Positions 15,003 through 30,050 of a DNA stretch of 64,000 nucleotides are shown here, in pieces; within the stretch, counting starts at the first letter, position 1, and each line of letters opens with the position of its first letter. Origin of the DNA: the human T2T-CHM13v2.0 reference genome, Homo sapiens; NCBI RefSeq assembly GCF_009914755.1, contig NC_060929.1; one strand, 5' to 3'. The translations under genes were made by a program, and so were the position numbers. Below the pieces are notes generated by a model. It was not told where the DNA came from. It worked only from the letters and a program-made list of their open reading frames with translations, and did no database searches.

Positions 15003-18000
15003 ATCTGAAGCTTTTCAAGAGCAAGATGTTTTCAGGCAAATTTTACATCCTTAAAATTTCAAAAGGGTTTGTAGACTTAGTGCATCTAATTTCTTGAAGA
15101 TGTATTAATTAGACACAAAGTTAATTGTATCAATATCCAAGTATACTCTTAAGAATGAAATGGGTATATAAGGTAGCACTTATGTTTATGGCTGGTAAGG
15201 CTGTGTAACAATTTGGCCAATGGACAGGAAAGCAGGAGACTTATTGGAAAGAGCAGGTAATATATGACAATTAGGGCAGGTTGGTGAGAGGGAAGCTTTA
15301 GAACTAAACTATGGCAACTTCAGAGCAGACCAGAACCTGTGGGACTGTTGAAGGCCAGAGCTAGGGTGGGTCTGAGACCTTGTCTAATCTAGAGCCATTC
15401 AGGCAGAGTTTCAGAGGAACCTGTGGATATGCGTCAGTCCCCTCTGATATGCAGGAGCCTATTCCATTGTGTATCTACACAGTTCTTTTTTCCAAAATGG
15501 TTATAAAGCATTTTCTTAAAAACTAGCCTTCAGGTTCATGAAATACGAGGAGGAGGAAGTGAAAATGTACTGACTGCTACTGGTAGACCTAGGGTCAGCT
15601 TTGAGGACTGAGGTAACCACCACAGGAAATAAGTTTTGAGGTCTGATTTTGAAACAATATTGGAAGACCATTCCTTTGTGAGATAGAAACTTCTCCATTT
15701 TAATTTTAGTATTTTAAGCTTTTCCTACAGGTCAGTTGGGAATAATTTTTATTTAGGGACTCACAATCTTGAATTTTTAGCTAAATGCCTTAAGAATAAA
15801 ATATTATTTAAAAAGTATTAAAATGCTGTGATTCCAAACAGTTTCTTGTTCAAGATGAAGAATATAAAAATATACCACCATGTCTCGGCAACTGGAAAAG
15901 CAGATTTTAATTTTCATTCCAAAAATGAGAGACTGAAAATCAAAGGCTTAGGACCACAATCCACAACCCTCCTCCCAACCTCCTGTCTGTCTTTGATAAA
16001 AAGCTACAAAGAAAAAGTTTCAGGAAACTTTCAGACATTTATAATTAGCATAAACACTGTATACCAAGATGTGTAAGTCAAAACGTCTAATTACTCTGGG
16101 ATACAAGCTCAGGCATGTGGCAACAGAATACTGCCTGAAAGGTCATTTCAACATCAAGTCACGGACGTCCTATTTACATAAGGATCTAGGGCAGAAGCAC
16201 AATGTGCACACTGCTGCAACTTTCTCATATGTGAATGCTAACATCTGCTGAAAAGCTGTTGGTACCTTTACTGCAGGTTTCCTGTCCTTGAGTCAAATAC
16301 TTTCTACTCAATATTGGATTGAGGTATACATTAGATTAAAAATAGAACCAGCAAGGGTTTTCTTCATTTATTTAAGTGTTTTGTTCTTCTGTGGGATTAC
16401 AAATCATTCAAACTTACAGAATTCTTGTTTGACAGACACCTTTTCTGATAAGGTGATTGTAAATGCTCAGTGAACCAGCAGTACCATGGTTTGACATGAC
16501 AATTCCTGGTGTTAAAGTGGACTCATATAGCTGAGCGGGCCAAGATCATCTATAATTTCTTTTTTATAGATTAGGGACAATGAGGCTTAGTGATTTGTTC
16601 AAGTTAGAGTCATACTTAGATTGACAACCCCTGTACTACAAATCCGAGCCTGCTCCATGGCTGTCTGAAACACTCATTACCTTGTAATACTAACATATTA
16701 TGTTTATAGTCTTTCTCCCTTCACTAGAATATAAGCTCTGCAAGGACAGAGGCTTTTGTCTGTTGTGTTCCCTGAATATATTGTCAGCACCTCAAGTGGT
16801 GCGTGGCACAAAGTAGTCACTCAATGCATATTTGTTAAATGAAAAGGTGGATTAATGCCTGAGCCAGGCCTAGAACTGAAGTGTTTGCTTTCTTTCCACC
16901 AGCATTTCTGAAGCATGCTGAAAAGTTTCCTTATGTGAAAGAGGGGTTCTTTCCTCAAATAAATTTAGGAAATGCCAAGTTAAACAAAATAACTTTCTTT
17001 GCTGTGGGTCTTTTCATACTGAATAGTTTCCCAATTTGTATGGCCTCAGAACCCACCTCCCCTCCGGCATCCCAGGAAGCCAGTCCATCTCTTAATTTTA
17101 TCTAAAATCTATTATTTGACTATATATAGACTATATATTAGCTTAGATACAAACTTACTGCAAACATTTAAACATTAGAATTCTCTGTTGTTCTCAAATT
17201 ATTTCTAGACTCTTGATTCTGTGACTTCCTTAAAATCTAGAAAATATACTTTAAGCTAGAGAAATATATTTGCATGTACTATTCAGGCTCCACAGTTTAG
17301 GGACAGAATAGTCTAGAATCAGAACAGAAAATAGAAACCTCAACCTGAAAGCCACATGTGCTATTTTTTAAACTAGACCTGCAGTTATGACTTTAGGCCC
17401 AAACATTATGGGTTGAGGGGAGAAAAAAAAAAAAGCCTCTCACATCAGCCCAGATGTGCAAACCAATGCTGAAGGGTGGAGGAGTAGGAAGGGGAGGGTA
17501 GCCTTCACTGGCAATAGAAAAAGTTAAGTATTAGAGAAATCAATAAGAGCTAAATATTCCTACTGACAGGGAAGGGCAGAGGGTAGAGAGGATCCAACAC
17601 ATATTAGAGCCGTCTGAAATTTCCATATGATAGCTATTTTACTGAAGAGAGTAGTGCAAAATGCCAAATTTTTCTAGCACAAAGAGAAATATTGGCAGTT
17701 ATCCCCAAAATTCAGGTCATATAACAATAATTCAGGAATTATAATTAATAAATAATTCAGGAAAAATAAGTCCATTTATTTCCTTCCATTGTTCCTCTTT
17801 AGCAAGATGTATATTAAGCAAGGAAAAAGTAAGGTGAAATTGCTTTCCCTGTTATTTTTCACATGGTTCCCCTGGATCCAGTATTAAAATTTCTAGTTCT
17901 GGATTAAAGAGTATAGCAGCCTAATACTGAGATTTCCTATTTCTCTTATTTCTGTAGGATACAGTCTTATTAGAAAAATAATTCCTGAGAACTGCATTCT

Positions 18001-18289
18001 CATCCCTAATGTATTCTTTTAAATTTATGACCATTTTGGAGAAAATATCATCGACGGCAACATTTCAAAACCAATTTTAATTACAAATACACAATAACAT
18101 CGATGGAAGTAAAGTACTAATTTTTAAAAATAAAATACACCCAATACACTCAGTTGCTATATAACTGAAATTACAAAAAACTACCTTGAGTAATTTTTGG
18201 CTCTCTTAATATGGCTTCTCTATTAATATGAAATTAGCCTTCTAAATGTTAGTGTTTCTGGTAAGATGACATGGATTAATTGATTCTTT

Positions 18290-18590
18290 CATTTAATTCA
18301 CTTATTCCACACATATTAACTGAGTACTACTGTGCTAGGCACTGTTTAGGTTTCTATGACATAGTAGTGAATAAAACTGACAAAGATTCCTGCCATTGTG
18401 GCACATATGTATGAAAGTCCAGGAACGAGATAATGATGCCTAGGACCAGGACAGGGAGAAATGGATGGATCTGGGATGTATTTTGCAGGTACAGGCAGCA
18501 GGATTCCTAGACATACTAAATATAAGGAATGAAGGGGAGAAATCAAGGATGACTCCAGGGTATTTTGCCTGGAAGAATGGAATTGTTTCA
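18290..18590 (-). mobile_element. L2 fragment (3' end)
   Basis: ttcatttaattcacttattcc..tgagtactactgtgctaggcactgtt...aatcaaggatgactcc. Confidence 0.65.
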
Positions 18591-18594
18591 GTAT

Positions 18595-19172
18595 GTGTAT
18601 GTGTATATATAGACATACACACACACGTGTGTATATATAGACATACACACACACGTGTGTATATAGACATACACACACACGTGTATATAGACATACACAC
18701 ACGTGTGTATATAGACATACACACACGTGTGTATATAGACATACACACACGTGTGTATATAGACATACACACACGTGTGTATATAGACATACACACACGT
18801 GTGTATATAGACATACACACACGTGTGTATATAGACATACACACACACGTGTGTATATAGACATACACACACACGTGTGTATATAGACATACACACACAC
18901 GTGTGTATATAGACATACACACACACGTGTGTATATAGACATACACACACACGTGTGTATATAGACATACACACACACATATGTGTGTATATAGACATAC
19001 ACACACACATATGTGTGTATATAGACATACACACACACATATGTGTGTATATAGACATACACACACACATATGTGTGTATATAGACATACACACACACAT
19101 ATGTGTGTATATAGACATACACACACACATATGTGTGTATATAGACATACACACACACATATGTGTGTATAT
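18595..19172. repeat. VNTR/minisatellite of ~21 units (24-30 bp), ATAGACAT(AC)n[GT|ATATGT]GTGTAT
   Basis: Direct reading: 14 units carry CACGTG, then 7 x 30-bp units carry CATATG (18961-19170). Confidence 0.97.
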
Positions 19173-19779
19173 TTTACTTTGAATGTGATAATGAGCACCT
19201 TAATGTAAATGAATCCATTAACTGGTTAAGTGTACTTCTTATTTTTAAATACTGTACAACTGACCAGTGTTGGTTTCGTCAGCTAAAAAGGGGCTTCAAA
19301 GGGAGTTTTCTTATGATTCATTTTTGTAGCTTCATGGCTAAAAAGTATTTAGAAGAACACAGGTGTCTGAGTGTGTGTTGTTTGGTAGTTGGGTATTTCC
19401 AGGAAAAAAGGGGTGATGACAGTTACTGGCAGGGGAAAGATGGAAATAGCAGATTAGTACTAGAGATACTGCATCAGGGAAAAGATATACAGACTATGGA
19501 GCATGAGAGAACAGAAACTTTGTTTAAAAATGAATGCAAAGTTGAACCAAGTGCCAAAGTGGTTTTGGAAGAGAAGTGAGACAGCCATCGAGAAAATCTA
19601 AATAGTTTCTTCAAAATGCAGTCATGGCTGGGCTAAGCCACAAGTTCTTCTTTGGTGGCAAAAACTAAAACCTCCCATTGGGTTCAGCAACTTATCATAA
19701 AGCTGCATTTCATTTTTGTTTTATTAACCAGTCCCTTCCAAAATTTAAATATACAAAGCTGATATAAACTAAATTATCA

Positions 19780-20945
<1,166 letters not shown>

Positions 20946-22464
20946 ATTTATCTGAAGAAACTTAGATTAAATTCACTCAGAAGGTGCCTTATGTCAGGGA
21001 TACTAAAAAATTATAAATGGATTTGAAATAGATGACTTAAGAATCTGTTGAGAACCAGGGTTCCCCAGAGAAGGCAAAAATAAATTACAAGATGAAAGGA
21101 AGGGTAAAAAAAAAAAAACAACAAAAAACAAAAAAACCCCCACACAGCTGCCTGCTGTGTGGTACAAATGTCAGGGTGAGAAAGTTTCTAACCTCTCTTA
21201 TGCTATGTTTAGCCCCAAAGCCTAGGCCAAGTGGCTTCCTGGGTTTGTGGGACTTAAGTTCATATTATACATTTTTCTTTCTAAAAAGTATCTTCGTCTT
21301 TATTAAAACACTCGCCGAATACTCTGGCTTCACGAAATTCCATTTGAAAGTATGACCCAACCTCTTTAAAACCATTTTGTATTTTTAAAGAATTTAGAAT
21401 GTAACCATACTAAATAATTCTAAGTTTAGTAATTCTTCTTGTCAAATAGGAAGCAGAATTTTGTTTTAAAAAATGGTTTCTCAGAAACAAAGCCCAAACC
21501 TGAATTCTACAAGGAAAAAAAATCTTAAATATGAATCGCAACTTCCAATTCATTGCCAATCTCCTCTCCTTGTACCCTGGAGCCTTGAGCAACGTTCTTT
21601 TGCATTATGCCAGGAAGAACTGCTGGCAAATGTAAGTGGGCTTAGAATTCATGACTGCAGTCAGCAGCAGTTGTGTAAATCTAGGGAGAGACTGGTATTT
21701 GACACCTGCAAGTCCTCAAGGTTAACAGAAGTCTCAAAAAGCCCAAGCCCCAGATTTTGTAAAATACATGGTTTCACCCCAACCTAATCAATGTCACCAA
21801 GAAAACTTGTAAGTCCAATAAGACAAACAATAGTTAAGTCTGCAGAATATTTCCATATAGATTTAGAAGTATATTTAACTCTTAATTCTCTGCTTTCAAT
21901 ATCAATTGTTTTTGAGCCTTTTCTTGGGTAAAGTTACCGAATGCTTTTTTCAAAGTAAGTCTTACGGGGAACTTATTTTATGTATTACAAACAGACTCAG
22001 AAATGCTCTAGTTAAGGAAGGAATGATGAGAGACTGGAATTGCTGAGGCAGCCACTGTGGTAAGTCCTCCCTGGGGACCAAAGGCACAAGACCACAGTCT
22101 ATGCTAAACAAGGAGAAACAGCAATAAGACATACAATATTTGGGGTATATCATTTTAATTAATTAAATTGTAGTCAAATCTTAAATGAACATTACAAAAG
22201 TGTGTGTGTAAAAATATGCACCATTTTGTGCCATTTTTTTTTTATGAGAATTGGTGCCAACTATTTGGAGAATACCAAAGGTAGGAAATGGTGTCCTGCT
22301 TTCTTGTTCTTTCTCCTTTTTAAAACGCTTTCTTTAGAATTCTCCCTTTGCACTTCCAGTTCCAAGTTGTTTCTCAATGGTTTGAGAAGAAAGTGAAAAC
22401 TTCTCTTTTACAAACGGATGAAAAGAGAGAGCCCTAATGGACCACATCTAGGATGCTAGATCAT

Positions 22465-22680
22465 TGGGTCTGGAGCAAACTACCCAGTTTCCAACTCTGG
22501 CTCCAGAATCTACCATCTGTGTTACCTTGGGCAAATAACCTCAGTAATCCCCAGTTTCCATACTTGTAAAATGTAGATAATGATATTACCCACCTCATAT
22601 GACTGATGTGAAGTTCAGAGATAACCCATCTAAGGTGTTTGGCACAAGGCCCGGTACACAGTAAGTGCCAAAAAATGTTT
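22465..22680 (+). mobile_element. MIR SINE
   Basis: Core tgtgttaccttgggcaa...cagtttcc..tgtaaaatg..gataat, and tail ggtacacagtaagtgc. Confidence 0.8.
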
Positions 22681-24469
22681 GCTTTGATAATACAAAGACA
22701 ATATTGGGGAGCTCCCACTCCAATTCTGACCTGTTTGATTCTAACACACACATGCCTTCCTTACTATAATGAGATGTTTTATTTTTGAAGTAATTTCTGG
22801 TAACAAGCTCTTCGGATAATCAAAAGTTAACTATACTCATTCTGAATCTTCATAATTTAGAGAAAAATAAGGGGCTACAAGTCTTCTGGGTCAAAGCTTA
22901 AGTGTTAGTGTAAATGGAAACCAAATAAGGTATCTGGAAAAATAAACAAATAATGAAAACAACTAGCAATATTTCCAACTGTCTCAAACTCAAAATACAG
23001 AAAGATAAGGTATGAGAATGAATCAGCTAAAACAGGTGTCCATGGAAGGCTGAAAAATTACAGATGCCTGCTGCTCCTCTAGAAGGGTAGCAAACACTGC
23101 TTCCCAAGTGCCCTATCCATAAAAAAAAAAAAAAAAAAAAAAAAAATACTGCTTTCAGATTCCCAGAGTCCCAGATACTAGCTACAGCACAACAAAGAAA
23201 CAAAGAAAATAGAATTAAGGGTTCTCATGGGAATCACAACTTTATGACTCTAAAGCATTCAATCTTCATAAATACAAACAGTATTTTAAAGTCTGTGGGG
23301 GTGTTTTTTTTTTTTTGTATCAAGCTATAGGTAGCCCTAAAAATGAACCAAACATATAGTATTTTAATTTTTATAAATCTGTTTCCGAACATCTACTCTG
23401 AAAATGCATTCCTGAGGCAGAGTCTGGTTTACTCCATAAAATTTATTTCTATTCAGTTTTCATAAGTCAAATTTGTTTGTTAATTTTCTTCAAGCCTATA
23501 AAGAAAATAAAACTATTTCTAATTTCACATGTATAAAGCTATTGATATGCACAACACATCAAGAGCTAAATTAGAGACTACAGTTCTGATTTCTAAGAGG
23601 TTGGCATGTCTGATGTAAATAAGAGGGCCTGTCAAGTTTCTTAGACAGACTGATTTATAATTGCAAGAAATATAGGACTAAAAAGATTTCTAAGGATGGT
23701 TAGGCCATTGGCAAAGCCATCAAATCTATGCCTTCACATAGAGAAAGAGACACTTTGGCAAAAAAGGGCAAAGGTTTACATATGGGTAATTAAGGTAATT
23801 ACTATATTTGAATAACTGATATTACAAAACTTTTGCTTATCTTTTAGATAGTTATTTAATTCTGCTAGGAGGTAGAACCACATACCACAGAGTCCCTCTA
23901 AAATAATGAAACTATATAAAGTAGTAAAACATTTTATCCCCTGGCCAATAACTCACAGCATTGCTCCATGAAAAAAAGAGATCCATACCGCTAGGCTTTG
24001 TGAGACGTTTGCAATGTTCTTTTAAAGAAGACAGGCATCTAAAGATGAAGGTAGAAATTCAAAAGCACTAAATGATTATGACCACAAACAATGGTAAAGA
24101 AAAATGTCAAAATAGCAAAATACAGTATGTAAAAAGTTATATAAATAGAATAATTATTTTTAAAAGTTAGAGAAATAGAGTAATTTTGTCAAAGGGAGTC
24201 CATGAACTACTAAAATAAAAACTCTCCCCACCATATTGGGAGAAAGCATGAATAGTATAAAGGAATGAAAAACTCAAAACCACTCCTAGCAATACCAGAT
24301 GGAGACAACAAGGCACTGGATGTTACTTTACGCTATCTTAAAACATTGCAGTATTTTACTCATGTCAGATTATAATCAAACAAATCACGCTGTCAAACAG
24401 TTTTTAGACATTATCAAATGATTAATTTTGAAATTCAAAAAACATGTATCCAATATTGGCTGGGGAAAA

Positions 24470-24960
24470 CCCCTTGTGACTGGCACTTTCGAACAGCTGT
24501 GGGAATATAAGGCAGCAGCAGCTTTCTGGGGGTGGGGGATTCAGATGGGATAAATGATTTGGTGACAGTTATTGAAAACTTTAAAAGTATTCTGACCTAA
24601 TAAATGCCATATCTAGGAATCTATCCTGAGGAAATAAAGATAGCAATAATAATTTATGCACACGGATTTTAATCATACCATTATTGTTATACAGAAACCA
24701 TACATGTAATAGGAGAATGGCTAAATGATAGTGCATCCATAAAATGAAATGTTAGGTAGCTATTTAAAAGCAACTTTTATTATTTAATAACATAGGAAAA
24801 TGCTCATGATACATGCTAAATGAAAAAAGAATATAAAAAAGCAATAAACACATTAAGCCTGCAATTTTAAAAATGTAAGTGTGAGCAAGAAGAAAAGACT
24901 AGAAAGAAATTGAATAAAACTGTTTTTCACTATTAGGGACCCTTTTATTACTCATCTTTA
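24470..24960 (+). mobile_element. Ancient L1 (L1ME-like) 3' fragment
   Basis: tctaggaatctatcctgaggaaata...ataggagaatggctaaat...ggaaaatgctcatgatac. Confidence 0.6.
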
Positions 24961-26279
24961 TTCTTATGTGTATTTTATACACTTTACAAATGTTTATTCA
25001 CTTTGTTTTTCAATCAGAAAAACAATAAAGGCTGCATAAAAATAATAACTAGATTTTAGGTTATCACTGATACTTGCCCTTTGACCAATTACCTTAAATA
25101 TTCTTGAAAGAGGTTAGAGATTTTTTTTTTTTTACAGAATCAGAATTTATGAAGTAAAAGACTTTATCCCAAATTAATCCTGGACTCATTATTCTATTCT
25201 TCAAGTTTTCTAAAGAAGGAACAAAACACTGTCTTCCTTTAGAAACAAAACACAAAACATCAAGCATCCCTAACAAAGTTTTCCGTTATAGCCAAATACA
25301 GAGCTTTCAAACAGCTGTGGAAATCTAAGTAAGCATCATCTTACTATTCAGTGGAAATGGAACACCCTCAAATACCTTCTTTCCTAATCTGAAAACTGAC
25401 TTATAAATTACCAACATAACTAGATTAAGGAAAAACTAAAAAGCATTCAGATTAGTCATAACAAAAACTTCTAAGTATTGATTAGTAGAGTATTACTACC
25501 TTCATAAATATGGCTATGCCTTATATTCTTACTCTAAAATAAGATATCCATAACATACCTTACTAAGTGGTTATTAAACCCTAGGCTTTTCATGTATTAT
25601 AAAGAACTGCCCTTTTCCTATGGCTGCTTAGGTACCAACCCTCTACTGATGTGGGCCCAATTTAGTTCTTTAATCACTTGGCTATTGCATTCTGAGTTTT
25701 ATTACCCTAAGCCCCCTAAGAACCTCATCTTTTAAAATTCAACCAACTGCTGCTTTTCATTCCCCTAATCTGTCCTTTCTAGACTGGACTTTTTCCTAGG
25801 ACACTTTACAATGCCACTGCTCCAAAACATCAAGTGTTAACTCAGAAAGGAAAGTAACCTCCACTCCCACACCCTTGATAACACCAGCAACTCTGCCTGC
25901 ACCTTCTTTCCACTGGAGAGAGAGAGATCACAGACAGAGAGAAAACTTTCTTTCTCCACTGATAGATGACAAAGCAACTCTATCAAGTAGTTGACTACCA
26001 AGATATTAGCTGGTGTCTAGCTCTAGATAACAAGACCTGCCTTCTCTGTTCTCCTTGTCAACTTGTTTTTTTAAACCTTTAATATCCAGTTTTTCTCCTT
26101 AGAGTCTTGTCATATTTGAACTTGGCATCTCCAAAAATTTCTTTTATGTTTCTCGAACAATTAGGAAATACAGATTTAAAATGCCTTTTTGGCATCTATT
26201 GAAACATGTTCTGGTTTTTCTTATTTAACCCATAAAGATGACAAATTATCTTTAATGATAATGAGAACAACTTTAACAT

Positions 26280-26660
26280 ATTTGTTTCTGCAAAATAAGT
26301 ATAGCTTGATAGTTATGAAGTTCAATGTCATAATAAGAACCTGTAAACTCAAGAACTAGAATGTGAGCAATAACACATCCATCCATACTCCTCTCCTTTT
26401 CCCTCTGCCTGCCTTTCCCTTCATGGGTAACCACTGTTCTCATTTTCATAACTGTCATCCCTTTTTTGGTTTTTAATAATTTTATAATATACATAAACCT
26501 ACAAATAGATTGTCTGATTATTCCTGTTATTAAACTTTATAAAAACGGCATCATACCGTATGTATTCTTCTGCCTGCTTAGAGTTATAAGTTACTGCTTT
26601 TCATTGTTGTATATTATTCCACTAAATGAATATACCACACTTAATCTCTATTAGCCTGTC
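26280..26660 (-). mobile_element. Ancient L1 3' fragment
   Basis: ggtaaccactgttct...ttataaaaacggcatcataccgtatgtattcttc...aatgaatataccac. Confidence 0.6.
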
Positions 26661-27289
26661 ATTGTTCTTAATTAATATGGGCAAAATTTAACAAAAGGAG
26701 CTTCAAATTACCTAAATATTAGTAATTAAAAGTAACAATAGTCATGCTTTCAGTATTCATATGTAAACCAGTATTCTTTAACAGCTAGAAAAAAAATTAC
26801 TCTTTAAATAGGGCTTCACATCAGAATTTCATCTGTAAATCTACCTTTTCTTTCTTCTTACGACTAAGGTTCCAGGTATAATTAAACCCAATAAAATGTC
26901 CTTTGGAGTTGCTTTTTGAAAATCCTTTTGTTCCAATTCTCCAATGGGAATACCCCCTGGGCAGCTCCATTCTGATAGAATGAGGATTGGAGTGTAACCT
27001 GAACACCTCATGGATAACATGTTCTAAACCAAACACACCCATGTCTCCTGTCTCAACCTGCTCTTTTCGTCTATTTCAGATTTGAATAATGGCCTCACCA
27101 CCTAACCAAACGCTCAAGTAATAAATACAGAGCCATCCTTATCTCTTCTTCTTCTTCTCCTCCCATATGTAAGGAATCCCATGTATAAGGAATGACTAAG
27201 TCAAGGCAGCCATTGGAGAAGCATGTTAAAATGCAAATCTGACCACATGACTCCCTGGCTAAAATTTTTTAAATAGTTGATAATCTCCT

Positions 27290-27547
27290 ACCATGTTTGG
27301 TAAGCTATAATAGATTGTGACCCATTGGAAGGTCATGGCATTAATTTAGTGAATTGTGACTAGGATTCTTTTTAAATGAAAGAGAATGGAATAGAACATA
27401 TCAGGGTACATTGATGAAGTATGGGTAAAGACTATGTTGTGGAACTTTTGTTTCAGTTGTGTGAATGTCTACATCTATATGTGTAAAGCTATGTGATGTA
27501 AAACAGTTTTGCCTGTGAATTATTTGTAAATGTATTTGAAGGCCACT
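27290..27547. mobile_element. hAT-Charlie MER (MER112-like) DNA element
   Basis: ttgtgacccattggaaggtcatg..aatttagtg...acttttgtttcagtt...tttgaaggccact. Family name is tentative. Confidence 0.5.
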
Positions 27548-27827
27548 CATTTACTGATGTAGTTTTCTCATATTAGAGAGGTCAGAGGTTACCCAGAAAT
27601 TGATGGAAGTCATGAAGCTTCTTTTGAGAAGAGAATGTATACGTACCTATATATATGTATAGTCTCCAAACATTGTTATGACAGTGAATCGAGCTATCCT
27701 AAGAATATCTGGGGGAAAAAAATTGTTTTAAGTCCAGGTTTCCAAACCTCATCATAGCTCTCCAGGGAAATTTTATAGATAAGAAGCACTGATCTCCAAG
27801 GTGAAACCTAACTCCTCAAGAAGGTGG

Positions 27828-28059
27828 GGCTGGGTGGTAGATCACCCCTGTAATCCCAGCACTTTGAGAGGCTGAGGCGGGAGGATCGCTTGAGTCCGGG
27901 AGTTGGAGACCAGGCTGGGCAATATAGGGAGACCGTGTCTCTTCAAAAAGTGAAAAAATTAGCAGAGTGTGGTAATGCGTGCCTATAGTCCCAGCTACCC
28001 AGTAGGCTGCAGTGAGCTATGATTGAGCCACTGCACTCCAACATAGGTGACAGAGTAAG
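27828..28059 (+). mobile_element. Alu (AluJ-like) with internal deletion, no tail
   Basis: Both arms visible; the right arm jumps from cccagctac to ggctgcagtgagc. Confidence 0.9.
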
Positions 28060-28790
28060 GGATGGTTAAATTTAAGGGACCACAAAGTATCAAAGAATTG
28101 GTAAAATATTATTTTCCAAGCTTAAATAAGTGTGAGTACTATTAAAGTGATACTGCCTGCAACATAAATAACTCAATTCTACAAGTTCAGTTTTTGGTGG
28201 GAAACAAAAAAGCAAAGCCAATTAGTGACAAATTTTATCGACAAACAGATAATGTCAGGAATACAAATGGGCTATTTTACCTTGTCTACACAGTGTCTAC
28301 CTGTCTATCATGGTGCCTGGTACACATCGCGCACTGACAAATATTTGCTAAGTGAAGGCAGTAAGCTTAACTCATTGCTAAGAATACAATTTAAGGCAAT
28401 TGTGGTAGCTTCAGATATTAGTTATAGCTCCAGCTGCTGCATTCCAAAGTGATGCAGTTTGGTGAAGGACAGAGCAGGGTGAGCACCCCTGTTTGTGCTC
28501 ATGCTTTGGGGGGCTTGTCTTGCTGTAGCTCACAGTGGGGCCTGTGTAAGGGTATGATCCGTGAGTACTTTGAGATAGTTTCCTCAGGCACCACAAACAT
28601 ACAATCAAAGTTATTCTCCCACACTCTGCTATTCTGAGCTCTTCAAGGGCAAGGGGTGGCCTAGACCGAGTACTCTAGTCAATTTACAATAGTTTCAAAG
28701 TATGATTCAATTATTGTGTGAGAAAATATGCAGTTTCCAGAGTTCCCAGGGGCAGCCCATCTCCTGGGTAAAATGAGATTTTAAAAAATG

Positions 28791-28841
28791 TGCACTCTAG
28801 CCTGGGCGACAGAGCAAGACTCCGTCTCAAAAAAAAAAAAA
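28791..28841 (+). mobile_element. Severely 5'-truncated Alu (last ~40 nt plus poly-A)
   Basis: tgcactctagcctgggcgacagagcaagactccgtctc followed by a poly-A run. Confidence 0.85.
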
Positions 28842-29766
28842 GTGTGTGTGTACGTGTTGTGTGTGTGTATATATAAAAACTAAAATTTTTTTAACATTAG
28901 GTAATTTACTATTTTATTAACACCTTAGTAAATTAACAGGTGGCTAAAGAGGTGTAATTCAGCAAAAATATTAGATGATATCTATGCATGTTAACCACTG
29001 TAATATTAAAAAAATTAAAACAGAACTACCTTTATAAAGAAATATAATTTTAACATTCTTCTGGTATTAATTACACTCAGAGCCAAGAGTATCAAGGTAG
29101 CTGTTAGCTGGCAACATTCAGAGCCGACTGACTAAACACAACCCTTGGCAAAACCAGTGGGCTAGCCAAACCAAAACATCAAGGGAAAGAAGTCGGAGGG
29201 AAGGCATATTATCTAAGAAGGTATGGCAGTGCGGGGGATTTATTTTTATCTTTGCTGTGTATTTCAAGCTGATAGCTATCTTTGCTTCCCCAGGAACCAA
29301 GTAGGGTAGGGAAGGACAATCTGCAGGAAGCATTTTCAAGGGGGCTGAAATTGCCTACTAACTTCAAATACTGTATAATTTTGTTTTTCAAACCCAATCT
29401 TCTCCACACCCCCCACAAAGTAAAATAAATAATTAACAAAATATCTCTGAAGGCTTTGCTAAGTTTGGGGATAAAAAAACGAGAAGAAAAATCCAACCCT
29501 CTGTTTAATGACTCTACTGAAAGAGTTTTATAGCAGTATTCAAGCCTTTAAAGTTACCAGTTAAATGCCAATTTCATCTTCGGAAGGTCATTGTGCCTTT
29601 TTAGAAGGCATACATTTAGAACTTGTTTGGCTGGCTATTCCTTGTTCATTCTGGGAAAAGTGTGTGTGACTCAGTGTTTCACAGGAGATACTGCATGGTA
29701 CTTATAGAAAATATTTTCTATTTTCAGTCCTCTTCTTAAATTCTTAAACATGATTTCTAAAAATTA

Positions 29767-30050
29767 GGCCCGGTATGGTGCTTTAAACCTGTAATCCCAG
29801 GTCTTTGGGAAGCCCAGTCAGGAGTATCGCTTGAAGCCAGGAATTTGAGGCCAGCCTGGGCAACACAGTGAGACCCATCTCTACAACAACAACAAAAAAT
29901 TAGCCAGTCATGGCTGTGTATCTATAATCCTAGCTACTTGGGAGGCTGAGGAGGGAGGATTGCTTGAGCCCAGGAGTTCAAGGCTGCAGTAAGCTATGAT
30001 TGTGCCACTTCACTCCAGCCTGGAGAGCAAGACCTTGTCTCAAAAAATAA
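29767..30050 (+). mobile_element. Alu (AluJ-like), TSD atttctaaaaatta
   Basis: Dimeric Alu with the TSD on both sides. Confidence 0.93.

Noticed and set aside
15520-15740. Possible plus-strand (antisense) exon from AG/GT-like signals
   Set aside because: Weak signals that are common by chance; cannot be supported without transcript data.
18346-19208. Long repetitive ORFs (up to 270 aa) and a superficially CRISPR-like periodicity
   Set aside because: Products of a stop-free VNTR. There are no unique spacers, no cas genes, and the context is eukaryotic.
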